A DNA stretch of 64,000 nucleotides. Origin: an uncultured Alphaproteobacteria bacterium (GTDB lineage: Bacteria > Pseudomonadota > Alphaproteobacteria > Rickettsiales > UBA1997). A model generated the notes under the pieces. It was not told the DNA's origin. It saw only the letters and a program-made list of their open reading frames with translations, and searched no databases. Made by a program: the position numbers and the translations under genes. Location of the stretch: the NCBI GenBank assembly GCA_949288805.1, contig CASELL010000001.1, forward strand, positions 89,027 to 153,026. The letters are read 5' to 3'. Positions 1 to 9,073 of this stretch are shown piece by piece; position 1 is the stretch's first letter, and the number at the start of each line of letters is the position of its first letter.

Positions 1-141
1 ACTATATTCGGTTATTTAAATAAAGATGGATTGTTTGTAATACTAGGTATTATATTTTTTATAATAAACTTTGCTATGCAATTAACATTTTTAATTGTTG
101 GAAAAGCTCTTTTTTTAAAAATATTAAATAATATATTTTAA
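1..141 (+). CDS. 3' end of an ORF cut by the window edge; hydrophobic C-terminus (membrane protein?)
   Basis: Frame 1 is open from base 1 to TAA at 139-141 (...GLFVILGIIFFIINFAMQLTFLIVGKALFLKILNNIF*). No family recognisable. Confidence 0.25.
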   Translation, partial: TIFGYLNKDGLFVILGIIFFIINFAMQLTFLIVGKALFLKILNNIF

Positions 142-212
142 TAAATTTTTCTATTGAAAATAATATTTATCATAATATAATCTTATTGATTTATTAATTA
201 AATGAGGTTTTT

Positions 213-995
213 ATGAGTGAAAACAAAAAATCTTGCCATTTGGGTGGTTTTTTAAAAAAGATTCCTTGTGAATTAAAGTTAGTTTATTTACTAATAATAA
301 TATTGTTTTTATGTAATATTTTTACTTTATTCAAATTATGTAGTGGAAAAACATTTGCAAAATGGATAGATAACAATCCAAAGGCAATTTTAGATTCTGT
401 TCAAAAATATGCTGAAGCAGAACAAGCAAAAGCTCAACAACAACAGCAACAACAAACAGCTGAAGCTGTAAAAAATAATAAAGAAGCTATCTTTAACGAG
501 AAAAACTCTGGTGTAGCTAATAAAAAAGGAACTCAAGTAATAGTTGAATTTTTTGATTATAACTGTGGTTATTGTAAAATGGCTTCAAAAGTTGTTGATA
601 AAATGGCAAGAGAAGATAAAAATATTAAAGTTATTTTCAGAGAATTACCAATTTTTGGTGGAACATCTGATCTAGCTGCTAGATATTCTACAGCTGTTGC
701 TATTGAATATCCAGATAAATATTTAGATTTCCATTCAACTTTAATGGAAAGTGGAGCAAGAAGTGAAAAAGATATTGAAAATGCTCTAAAAACAGCTGAT
801 ATAAGTCTTTTTAAAATTAAAAAAGTTATGGAAAATAAAAAATCTCTTATAGATTCTGTTTTACAAGAAAATAGAGATTTAGCTTTCAATAAATTAGGTC
901 TTCAAGGAACTCCTGCTTTCGTTATTGGAGAAACTTTAGTACCTGGTTTTATAGAAGAAGCTACAATAAGATCATTGTTAGAATCTGCTAAATAA
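213..995 (+). CDS. DsbA-family thiol:disulfide oxidoreductase, membrane-anchored/periplasmic
   Basis: Thioredoxin-fold CxxC motif in FFDYNCGYCKM. C-terminal GTPAFVIG is typical of the DsbA family. N-terminal hydrophobic anchor. GAGG Shine-Dalgarno upstream of the ATG. Confidence 0.85.
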   Translation: MSENKKSCHLGGFLKKIPCELKLVYLLIIILFLCNIFTLFKLCSGKTFAKWIDNNPKAILDSVQKYAEAEQAKAQQQQQQQTAEAVKNNKEAIFNEKNSGVANKKGTQVIVEFFDYNCGYCKMASKVVDKMAREDKNIKVIFRELPIFGGTSDLAARYSTAVAIEYPDKYLDFHSTLMESGARSEKDIENALKTADISLFKIKKVMENKKSLIDSVLQENRDLAFNKLGLQGTPAFVIGETLVPGFIEEATIRSLLESAK

Positions 996-996
996 T

Positions 997-1881
997 ATGA
1001 AAAGAATATCGTTAATATTTTTGTTATTACTTCTTGTTTCTTGTACAAGATTAAGTAGGCTAAATAGACTTGAAAAAGACTTAATTAATAGCAATAATTT
1101 TGACGATATTCTTGCTTTAAAATATCTAAGATATGCTGATATATTAAAAAGAAACTACGACTATGAAAGTTCTAGTTATTTTGCTGGATTAGGTTTAGAT
1201 GCCTATAAAAGAAAAAAAGATTTTTCTTTAACGCTAGACGATACAATGAAAGATCTAGATCCTGAAACATTGGCTGATCTTTATTTTTTATTTAATTGTT
1301 GGATATATTTTGAAACTAACAATAAAAATCTTGGAGAGGCTACAATATGTAAGGATTCTTTTGTAAAACTAACCAGTTTAATTGAAAAAAATAAAAATAT
1401 TGCTCTACAAAATAAAATAGTTTCTCTCGAAGAAGAAAATACAAAATTTTTAACTGGTGAAGAAGAATTATATTTTGTTGATTTTGCTAAAAATAAATCA
1501 ATAGATATATTTTTTGACTATGACAATTATAAATTAAACCCAGAAGCCCTTGTAAAAATTAGTGGTATATTAAAATATATAAACACTCTAAAAGGAGATT
1601 ATAAAATCACAGTCATTGGTCATGCTGATAGAATAGGAAAAGCAATTTATAATAATACAATAGCTAGAAGAAGGGCAAATACTGTATATAATATTTTATT
1701 GAAAAATGGAGTTCCAAGAGATTTTATCGAAGTTGAAAGCGTTAGCTCTAGCTCCCCGAATGTAATTACCAGACAAACAGATAAAAATCAACTAAACAGA
1801 AGGGTTGAGGTTGTAATAGACACAAATTATAAAAATCTTGATGTTACTCCACAACCATTTAGAAAAACAGTCAAAGAATAA
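997..1881 (+). CDS. OmpA-family lipoprotein (C-terminal OmpA/peptidoglycan-binding domain)
   Basis: Lipobox LLLLVSC. C-terminal ITVIGHADRIG...NNTIARRRANTVYNILLKNGV...NRRVEVVI matches the OmpA_C-like motif. Starts 1 nt after the dsbA-like stop. Confidence 0.8.
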   Translation: MKRISLIFLLLLLVSCTRLSRLNRLEKDLINSNNFDDILALKYLRYADILKRNYDYESSSYFAGLGLDAYKRKKDFSLTLDDTMKDLDPETLADLYFLFNCWIYFETNNKNLGEATICKDSFVKLTSLIEKNKNIALQNKIVSLEEENTKFLTGEEELYFVDFAKNKSIDIFFDYDNYKLNPEALVKISGILKYINTLKGDYKITVIGHADRIGKAIYNNTIARRRANTVYNILLKNGVPRDFIEVESVSSSSPNVITRQTDKNQLNRRVEVVIDTNYKNLDVTPQPFRKTVKE

Positions 1882-2699
1882 TGCTAAATAAATTATTTGT
1901 TTACGATATAGAAACAATACCAGATACCGATGTTTTATATAACTTAACCGGTAGCGAAACAGTAGATGTTATCGAAAAAAGAAAAGAATTAGAAGAATAT
2001 AGTTCCTTAATATCAAATGGAAATCCTTTTCCTAGACAGCTTTTCCATAAAGTAATATCGGTTAGTATTTTGATTGCAGATATTAAACATGTTGATGGTT
2101 ATGAATATTATAATATTGAAAAAATAGGAACGATATCTTCGATAAATAATACAGAAAAAGAAATAGTTGATAAGTTTTTTAAATATATATCGAATCATAT
2201 ACCAAGACTTGTTGATTATAATGGCAAAACATTTGACTTGCCAGTTATGAAATATAGAGCTATGAAATACAATATTAGCATTGAAAATCTTTTTAAGTCT
2301 GGCGATAAGTGGAATAATTATAATCAAAAATATTCTCTTGATTGGCATTGTGATTTATTGGATGCCCTCTCTGATTTTGGTTCTTCTGCTAGATGTAAAA
2401 TGAATGAAGTTTGTGCTATTTTGGGAATACCAGGGAAAATTGGGATAGATGGTTCAAAAGTTGCTACTATGTATGATAATGGATTGTTAAAAGATATTGA
2501 TAATTATTGTGAAACTGATGTCTTAAATACATATTTAATTTATTTAAATTATGCGCTTTTAACTGGAAAAATAAATAATGATGGCTTCTTGTCAATGAAT
2601 AACGATCTAATAAACTATATGAAAGAGGAAAACTTGCCTCATTTTCTTGAATTCTTGGAGGAGTGGAAAAATGTTGATTCTCGTGGTTTGGGGTTTTAG
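1881..2699 (+). CDS. Predicted 3'-5' exonuclease, PolB-exonuclease-like (RNase H-like superfamily)
   Basis: N-terminal FVYDIETIPD (Exo I DxE), later YNGKTFDLPV and NYCETDVLNTY (Exo III-like YxxxD). ATG overlaps the upstream TAA (TAATG). Confidence 0.7.
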   Translation: MLNKLFVYDIETIPDTDVLYNLTGSETVDVIEKRKELEEYSSLISNGNPFPRQLFHKVISVSILIADIKHVDGYEYYNIEKIGTISSINNTEKEIVDKFFKYISNHIPRLVDYNGKTFDLPVMKYRAMKYNISIENLFKSGDKWNNYNQKYSLDWHCDLLDALSDFGSSARCKMNEVCAILGIPGKIGIDGSKVATMYDNGLLKDIDNYCETDVLNTYLIYLNYALLTGKINNDGFLSMNNDLINYMKEENLPHFLEFLEEWKNVDSRGLGF

Positions 2700-2709
2700 A
2701 AAAAATATT

Positions 2710-3339
2710 TTATTTTATTAACAAATATCTAAATAGGTTGTTTTTAGATTTACTATTAACACTAGCAAAATCTTTCCATTCTAGATTATAATTTTTTTCA
2801 ATGTGTAAATTATAAAAATTTTTGCCATATTTTTTCTCAATATCACTTATTATATCATCAAATACAATATCGCCACTAACTATTTTCTCTTGCCACAATG
2901 GAATTATCGACAAAATTGTATTTCTTCTATGGTTACATTTCCAATATTTATAATCATTGGTAATAAATAAAACATAAGCCTTACAATTTAATTTATTAGA
3001 TAATCTTTCCATTCTTTCTATATTAGAATATATTTTATGGCAAGTAATAATTTCTGCTCCATGATTTTTAAATATACATTGTTTAGTTTCTAATTCTGCT
3101 GTTTTGTATTCAAATTCAATAAAATATTTATCTGTATTGTATTCAAAATATAAATCTATATAATTTTTACCGTTTAGAAAATCATATTTTGGATATCTTG
3201 CTATTATTTTAGAAATACCATTAATGTTTAATAATTCTTCTTTAATTCTATATTCTAGGTCTTTTTTATTTTTTATAATATTGTTATTAAAAGATTCTTT
3301 TAATTTCTCTATTAATATATTTATTATATCCTTTTCCAT
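2710..3339 (-). CDS. Hypothetical protein, last gene of the RM-like operon; possible PD-(D/E)xK nuclease fold
   Basis: 209-aa ORF 58 nt downstream of res on the same strand. The segment NYIDLYFEYNTDKYFIEFEYK can be read as D...ExK. No family recognised, so the function is inference only. Confidence 0.45.
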   Translation of the reverse strand: MEKDIINILIEKLKESFNNNIIKNKKDLEYRIKEELLNINGISKIIARYPKYDFLNGKNYIDLYFEYNTDKYFIEFEYKTAELETKQCIFKNHGAEIITCHKIYSNIERMERLSNKLNCKAYVLFITNDYKYWKCNHRRNTILSIIPLWQEKIVSGDIVFDDIISDIEKKYGKNFYNLHIEKNYNLEWKDFASVNSKSKNNLFRYLLIK

Positions 3340-3397
3340 AAATTATTTTTTATTTTTGATATAAATATAATATAATTTATTATAAAAATCAACCAAG

Positions 3398-6300
3398 CTA
3401 TTTCAAAATCTCATTTAACAACCCTTGATAATCTTTAACTACCTCAAATTTAATTTGATTATCACTTACTACTGCAAAATGTTTTTTGGCACAAGATATT
3501 TTGTTATACTCAATATTACGAAGATCAAGACTAGAAATACTACCCTTAGTTTCAGCTATAAAATATATATGTTTTACCTTATCTTTATCAAAAGCAATAG
3601 CCCAATCAGGATTATAATTACCAATAGGAGTTTTTATATAAAAACCACTAGGCAATTTTGTATAAACAACAACATTATCAGCCTCTTCAAGTTCTTTAGC
3701 AAATTCTCTCTCAATATTAGAATCATATAGTAAATAATCATAAATATTTTTTTTAGTTTCTATCATGTTATTATTTACTACACCTTTTAGATTATGATTA
3801 GTAAAGATTTCATTAGTATATTCTCCTTCTTCACCCTCAATTTTTTTATATTTAATATAATCAACTATTAAAGTTGCCTTTTGTTCATTTATAATTTTAG
3901 AAAGTTTATTTATAAAGCTTTCAGGATTAATTTTAAACATATTAAAGACTTCAGGCTTCAATTTTTTTAAAATATCAATAATATCTTTTCTTGTCAAACT
4001 AGTTTTATCAACTAATTCTCCAATTAAATCATATGTGTTTTTATTTTCTATATTAGTAGTTTTATGATATGTTTTTTTCACATTATTACTTTGTTCTTCT
4101 ATATTATCAATAACACCATCAGCAATTTGAATAATAGTATGTTGTATATTTATTGATCCATTTGCCACATTTACCACATTTCTTACCAATTCTTCACTAT
4201 CAAAATCAACAATATAAAAAGTTTTTTTATTTATTTTATTCCATAATTCTTTAAATTCTTTTTTTTCAAAATTTATTTTATTTAATGAAATTTCAGTAGC
4301 TTTTATATTATCATTAACAACTTCAATATTTCCATTTTTACATACTTTATCTAAAACATCAATAATTACATCTTTTACATCATCCAATTCTTCATCCAAA
4401 ACAAGTTTATTTTCCCTTAAATCTTCATAATATTTATCAGTTAATTTACCTTTTTCTATATAATCATTTCTAATTAAAGTTTCATAAATACATATAGCTT
4501 TATTTTGATCAATTACTTCTTCATTTCCATCTTTATTTGTAAATACTCTATTTAAAAATAAATTACTATCAATAGTCGTCAATCTATTTCTAATATCTTC
4601 TTTAAACTCTTCTTGTAATTGTTGACTAAAACTTTCATAACTTTCACTAGCAATAATTGTCAATTTATTAATTTTATGAACTTCATTTTCAGTAACAAAA
4701 GAAGAATCTATTCTATCACCATTTTGATTTACACAAAGCCTCAAACCTCTTCCTATTTCCTGCTTTTTCTTAATTGTCGCATCACTTTCTTTCAAAGTAC
4801 ATATTTGAAAAACATTAGGATTATCCCAACCTTCCTTTAAAGCAGAATGTGAAAAAATAAATCTAACATCATTAGAAAAACTCAACAACAACTCTTTATT
4901 TTTCATTATCAAATCATAACCACTTACATCTTCTTTACTATTAACTCCATCAATAAAATGTTTATTTTTTTTATCCTGCGAGAAATAACCTTCATGAGTT
5001 CTTTTTACATCAATTTTTGTTAAATAATCAAAATATTCTTTTTCACCAAACCTGGGTTGTAAGGACTCAACAATTTTATTATATTCTTCTTCAAACATTT
5101 TAGCATATTCACCATTACTACTTTCTTCATTATCATAAACTCTATATTTTGCTACTTCATCAATAAAAAATAAAGATAAAACTTTTATACCATATTTATA
5201 CAATTCTCTTTCTTTCTCAATATGACTAATAATAGTTTCCCTAATTTGTATTCTTCTTAATTCTTTAATACTATTTTCATTACCTATAATTTGTCCTATT
5301 CTTAATTCAATACCATTTAAAAACTCAATCTTATTTTCCCTAGCATCAATAGTTTTAACAATAAAATTATTTTTATATTCTTGTAAATTATTAGATATAA
5401 AAAAAATATCATCGCCTTCCTCTATTTTTTTAAAAACTTTTCTAACTCCATTACTACCAAAAAAGTTTATTTGAAGTCTTGCCATAGGGGGCACATCTTT
5501 TGACAATATAATATTTTCAAAATAAATATAACCATTAGTATTTGCTTGATTCAAAAAAGTAATACCTTTAACACCTATCTTTTTTACAAGTTTTTTATTA
5601 TAAGCATCAACCGAGTCCAAAGAATAAACAAGATTAAAATTTTCTTTCAATGTCGCAGAATATCTCAAAGTAAACAAAGGATTAAATTCTTTTAATTTTT
5701 GTTTTGTAGAATTACCTTCAACACTCTGTGGTTCGTCAATTATCAATATAGGCCTTGTAGCAGATATAACATCAATAGGTGCTCTTGATCTAAACTCATC
5801 TAATTTAGAATATATTCTTCTTCCATTTTCTCCTTTAGAATTAAAAGCCTGCATATTTATAATCATTACACTAATATCTACACTACTAGCAAAATCATCT
5901 ATTTTACTTAAATTAGCAGAATCATAAATAAAATATTTTATTCTTTTTCCATATTCTTCCAAAAAATGATCTTCTGTAATTTTAAACGTTTTATAAACTC
6001 CTTCTCTAATAGCAACACTAGGCACAACAACAATAAACTTAACCCACCCATACCTTTTATTTAATTCATACATTGTTTTAATATATGTATATGTTTTACC
6101 TGTTCCTGTTTCCATTTCAACACTAAAATTATAGCTACTAGTTTCATTTTTATTTTTAGTAATATAAAGATCTCTAGACACTTCCAGATATTGTTTATTT
6201 TGTATTTTTTGTATATTAGCAAGAATAGTATTTTCTTCTAAATTAATATCACCATTTCTATAAGCATCATTTTCAAGATCAAGATTACCTTCTATAAAAC

Positions 6301-6412
6301 CATTATCTTTTAAATATCTTAAAGTCCCAGATTTATTATTACCTTCAAATATATCACAAATAGCATTACTAGCATCTTCTTGAAACTTTTGATGTTTAAA
6401 TTTTAATTTCAT
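3398..6412 (-). CDS. res: Type III restriction enzyme Res subunit (SF2 helicase/ATPase plus C-terminal PD-(D/E)xK endonuclease)
   Basis: Motif I METGTGKTYTY, motif II LIIDEPQS, late helicase motifs SALKEGWDNPNVF and QEIGRGLRL. C-terminal nuclease motif NPDWAIAF...IYFIAETKG. Confidence 0.9.
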   Translation of the reverse strand: MKLKFKHQKFQEDASNAICDIFEGNNKSGTLRYLKDNGFIEGNLDLENDAYRNGDINLEENTILANIQKIQNKQYLEVSRDLYITKNKNETSSYNFSVEMETGTGKTYTYIKTMYELNKRYGWVKFIVVVPSVAIREGVYKTFKITEDHFLEEYGKRIKYFIYDSANLSKIDDFASSVDISVMIINMQAFNSKGENGRRIYSKLDEFRSRAPIDVISATRPILIIDEPQSVEGNSTKQKLKEFNPLFTLRYSATLKENFNLVYSLDSVDAYNKKLVKKIGVKGITFLNQANTNGYIYFENIILSKDVPPMARLQINFFGSNGVRKVFKKIEEGDDIFFISNNLQEYKNNFIVKTIDARENKIEFLNGIELRIGQIIGNENSIKELRRIQIRETIISHIEKERELYKYGIKVLSLFFIDEVAKYRVYDNEESSNGEYAKMFEEEYNKIVESLQPRFGEKEYFDYLTKIDVKRTHEGYFSQDKKNKHFIDGVNSKEDVSGYDLIMKNKELLLSFSNDVRFIFSHSALKEGWDNPNVFQICTLKESDATIKKKQEIGRGLRLCVNQNGDRIDSSFVTENEVHKINKLTIIASESYESFSQQLQEEFKEDIRNRLTTIDSNLFLNRVFTNKDGNEEVIDQNKAICIYETLIRNDYIEKGKLTDKYYEDLRENKLVLDEELDDVKDVIIDVLDKVCKNGNIEVVNDNIKATEISLNKINFEKKEFKELWNKINKKTFYIVDFDSEELVRNVVNVANGSINIQHTIIQIADGVIDNIEEQSNNVKKTYHKTTNIENKNTYDLIGELVDKTSLTRKDIIDILKKLKPEVFNMFKINPESFINKLSKIINEQKATLIVDYIKYKKIEGEEGEYTNEIFTNHNLKGVVNNNMIETKKNIYDYLLYDSNIEREFAKELEEADNVVVYTKLPSGFYIKTPIGNYNPDWAIAFDKDKVKHIYFIAETKGSISSLDLRNIEYNKISCAKKHFAVVSDNQIKFEVVKDYQGLLNEILK

Positions 6413-6422
6413 TCAATCCTCC

Positions 6423-8459
6423 TTACAATACCTTTATAGTGCAATTATTCATTTTAGATTTAATAATTTCATCGGCTGTAATTTTTTCAGCAGAATCAAC
6501 AAAACAACCATCCCTAAAAAATACTATTTCAGGCTTCAAATCTGCTATATATCTAATAACATTTTCATTTATATTTTTTTCAAAACAAGCAACCAAATTA
6601 TCAATTATATATATTTTACGATTATCAACAACTTCAATTTTATGTTCTATAGTCAATGGAAAACCATTTTCCAACAAACAAGAAAACAACAAATCTTCAT
6701 CTGTTCTATCTTGTTTAATATTAGAAACTAACCCATCTAACATTTCTTGAGTATAATTATTAGGTTCATAATAAACATCTTCCATATTGCTAGAATCAAC
6801 CCTAAATACTCTAAAACCAATATCTAGATCATTTTTACCTGTTGTTTCAACAATTTTATTGCCTGCTCTTCTAATTCTTTCTTTGCCTATTTCACAAATA
6901 TTTTTATAACCAGCTTTGAAAGCTTCACTATCTTCTTTACATTCTTCTTGTAATTGTACCATTATAAATTGTCTATTGCCACCATCTTCTGCATTTAAGT
7001 CCATCACTGCATGTGCTGTTGTGGCAGAGCCGGAGAAAAAGTCTAGGATTATGTCGTCGGGGGTGGTTGAAAGTTTGAGTAAATCATTTATTAAATAAGT
7101 AGATTTTGGATTATCAAAAACTTTTTTATTATTAAATAATAAATTTAATTCATTTGTTGCATTTGCATATTCAGTTTTATACAATATAGACTTACATGTT
7201 GTAGAAGCATATTCTAATAATAATTCATCCATTTCAGGTCTTTTTTTTTGTTTAATTCCATTATTATAAAAAATATCATTATTTTTTAATAGCTTATTAA
7301 AAGTTTCAAAACCGCTAGTCCATCTAACCTTTTCATTAAAAGAATTTATAGGTAAAATAAATTTAAATCCTTGTTTTTCATAAAAAGTTTTTAAATTTTC
7401 AATGTATGTATCATTAAATTGTTTTAAATTTTTATCATAAATTTTTTCAAATTCTTCTTTTGTTATTGAGTATAATTGATTATCTTTTAGTAAAATTGGA
7501 AAATACATATAAGGTCTTTTTTCTCTTTCTTTATCTTGTCCACTTTTTTGAAAAGTTATTTCATTGTAAAACCCAATATCATCTAAATATTTAAATTTAT
7601 TTTCAGTTTTTTTACCAAAAATATTTTCAGTTTTATTAAAACCATATTCTTTTATTTTTTCTTTATTTTTTGAATATATTAAAATTTTATGTCCGACTTC
7701 TGCTATAAAATTATCATTTTCTTTTCCTTTTAAATTATCTAAAATAAATAAAGAACTTATAAAATTTCTCTCTCCAAAAACTTCATCACATATTTTTTTT
7801 AAGTTTGCTTGTTCTCTATCGTCTATTGATATAAAAATTACACCATCATCTGTTAATAAATTTTTTGCTAATTTTAATCTAGAATATATCATTGAACACC
7901 AATCACTATGAAATCTAGGGTTAGTCTCTTTATTTTCTTTAAATTGTTTATTATCTTCTTCATCTCTATAATCAATTTCTTCTTTATATTCTTCATCATC
8001 AATAGTAAAATTATCATTATATGTAAAACTATCTTTACCGGTATTATAAGGCGGATCTATGTATATCATTTTTACTTTATTAAAATATGACTTTTGTAAT
8101 ATTTTTAACACATCGAGATTATCACCTTCAATATATAAATTTTTTGTACTATCCCAATTTTTACTTTCTTCTATACAAGGCCTTAAAGTTTTTGTAATTT
8201 TTTTATTTGCTTCTAATAAAGCCTCTTTTTTACCAACCCAAGTAAATTCATAACTTTCTACTTTATTATCTATAAGTTCATTTGATAATTCTTGTTTTAA
8301 TTTATTAAAATCAATTTTTCTAACTAGGTTGTTGTTTTCGTCAATGCTTTCTGTAAATACTTGAGGAAATAATTGTTCCATGATTTTAATATTATTATTA
8401 ACTATATCAATAGTTGTATTTTCTAATTTTTCAACTTTGAATAAATCATTTATTTTCAT
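6423..8459 (-). CDS. mod: Type III Mod-like N6-adenine (beta-class) DNA methyltransferase
   Basis: Motif IV MIYIDPPYNTG lies N-terminal to AdoMet motif I ILDFFSGSATTAHAV, which is the beta-class order typical of type III Mod. Ends 10 nt upstream of the res start. Confidence 0.9.
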   Translation of the reverse strand: MKINDLFKVEKLENTTIDIVNNNIKIMEQLFPQVFTESIDENNNLVRKIDFNKLKQELSNELIDNKVESYEFTWVGKKEALLEANKKITKTLRPCIEESKNWDSTKNLYIEGDNLDVLKILQKSYFNKVKMIYIDPPYNTGKDSFTYNDNFTIDDEEYKEEIDYRDEEDNKQFKENKETNPRFHSDWCSMIYSRLKLAKNLLTDDGVIFISIDDREQANLKKICDEVFGERNFISSLFILDNLKGKENDNFIAEVGHKILIYSKNKEKIKEYGFNKTENIFGKKTENKFKYLDDIGFYNEITFQKSGQDKEREKRPYMYFPILLKDNQLYSITKEEFEKIYDKNLKQFNDTYIENLKTFYEKQGFKFILPINSFNEKVRWTSGFETFNKLLKNNDIFYNNGIKQKKRPEMDELLLEYASTTCKSILYKTEYANATNELNLLFNNKKVFDNPKSTYLINDLLKLSTTPDDIILDFFSGSATTAHAVMDLNAEDGGNRQFIMVQLQEECKEDSEAFKAGYKNICEIGKERIRRAGNKIVETTGKNDLDIGFRVFRVDSSNMEDVYYEPNNYTQEMLDGLVSNIKQDRTDEDLLFSCLLENGFPLTIEHKIEVVDNRKIYIIDNLVACFEKNINENVIRYIADLKPEIVFFRDGCFVDSAEKITADEIIKSKMNNCTIKVL

Positions 8460-8468
8460 ATATTACCC

Positions 8469-9073
8469 TTATTTTAAAAGGCTTTTCAACCTTTTAATCT
8501 CTTGAGTTATTTCAAATTTTTTGTCTAGTTGTTTTTCATTTTTAGTCTTGTTTTCTAATACTTTTATTTGTTTAATAATTTTCTCTTGTTCTATATTGTT
8601 GATAATTTCTTCTGACAACTGTTTTTCTCCATTAAAATTATCAAGAGATATTTGATTAATAAAATTTCTAAAAATATTTTCAATTTTGTTGCCATCTATT
8701 GTTAATTTTATATCAGATAGCCAACAAGTATTAAATGTTTTTATTATAACATTATTTTCTTTGTAGGAAATATATAATTTATATCTCCCTTCATATTCTA
8801 ATATAAAAACTATAAAATATGGTATAGCTTTATCTATTGCTTCTAAAACTTTATTATCAAGATTAATATTTTTTAATTTTATGTTGAAAAATTGTATTTC
8901 TTGTTCTTCTTCTTTGATGTTTAAAGTTTTTGAACTTATAGAATTAGTCCATATTATTTTTTCTATATTATTAACAAACTCTTTTTTTAGTTGTGAGTTT
9001 TATTTGCTTTTTGATAAAATTTTTCTTTTGGTATAATTTTGTTTATTTCGGTTGATTCGGGTAAACTTAACAT
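8469..9073 (-). pseudogene. DUF4391-family gene interrupted by a -1/+2 frameshift near A-runs (not in the supplied ORF track)
   Basis: The minus-strand ATG at 9071-9073 overlaps the SNF2 stop (ATGTTAA). It reads MLSLPESTEINKIIPKEKFYQKANKTHN* with the stop at 8987-8989. A second frame is open from about 8997 to TAA at 8469-8471: NSQLKKEFVNNIEKIIWTNSISSKTLNIKEEEQEIQFFNIKLKNINLDNKVLEAIDKAIPYFIVFILEYEGRYKLYISYKENNVIIKTFNTCWLSDIKLTIDGNKIENIFRNFINQISL... That frame has no in-frame ATG/GTG/TTG near its 5' end. Both halves fit my recollection of DUF4391 (N-terminal LPxST..NK.IPK.KFY, central IPY.I.F.LE..G.Y). Confidence 0.7.

Noticed and set aside
421-450. CAA/CAG repeat encoding a poly-Gln run in the DsbA-like protein, considered as a contingency locus
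   Set aside because: It is an in-frame triplet repeat in a linker between the membrane anchor and the thioredoxin domain, interrupted by a CAG. Length changes would not shift the frame, so this is most likely a benign low-complexity linker.
8460-9066. Treating the ORF-less 600 bp between mod and the SNF2 gene as a non-coding spacer or regulatory region
   Set aside because: Manual translation of the minus strand shows continuous DUF4391-like coding sequence in two frames; see the feature and finding at 8469-9073.
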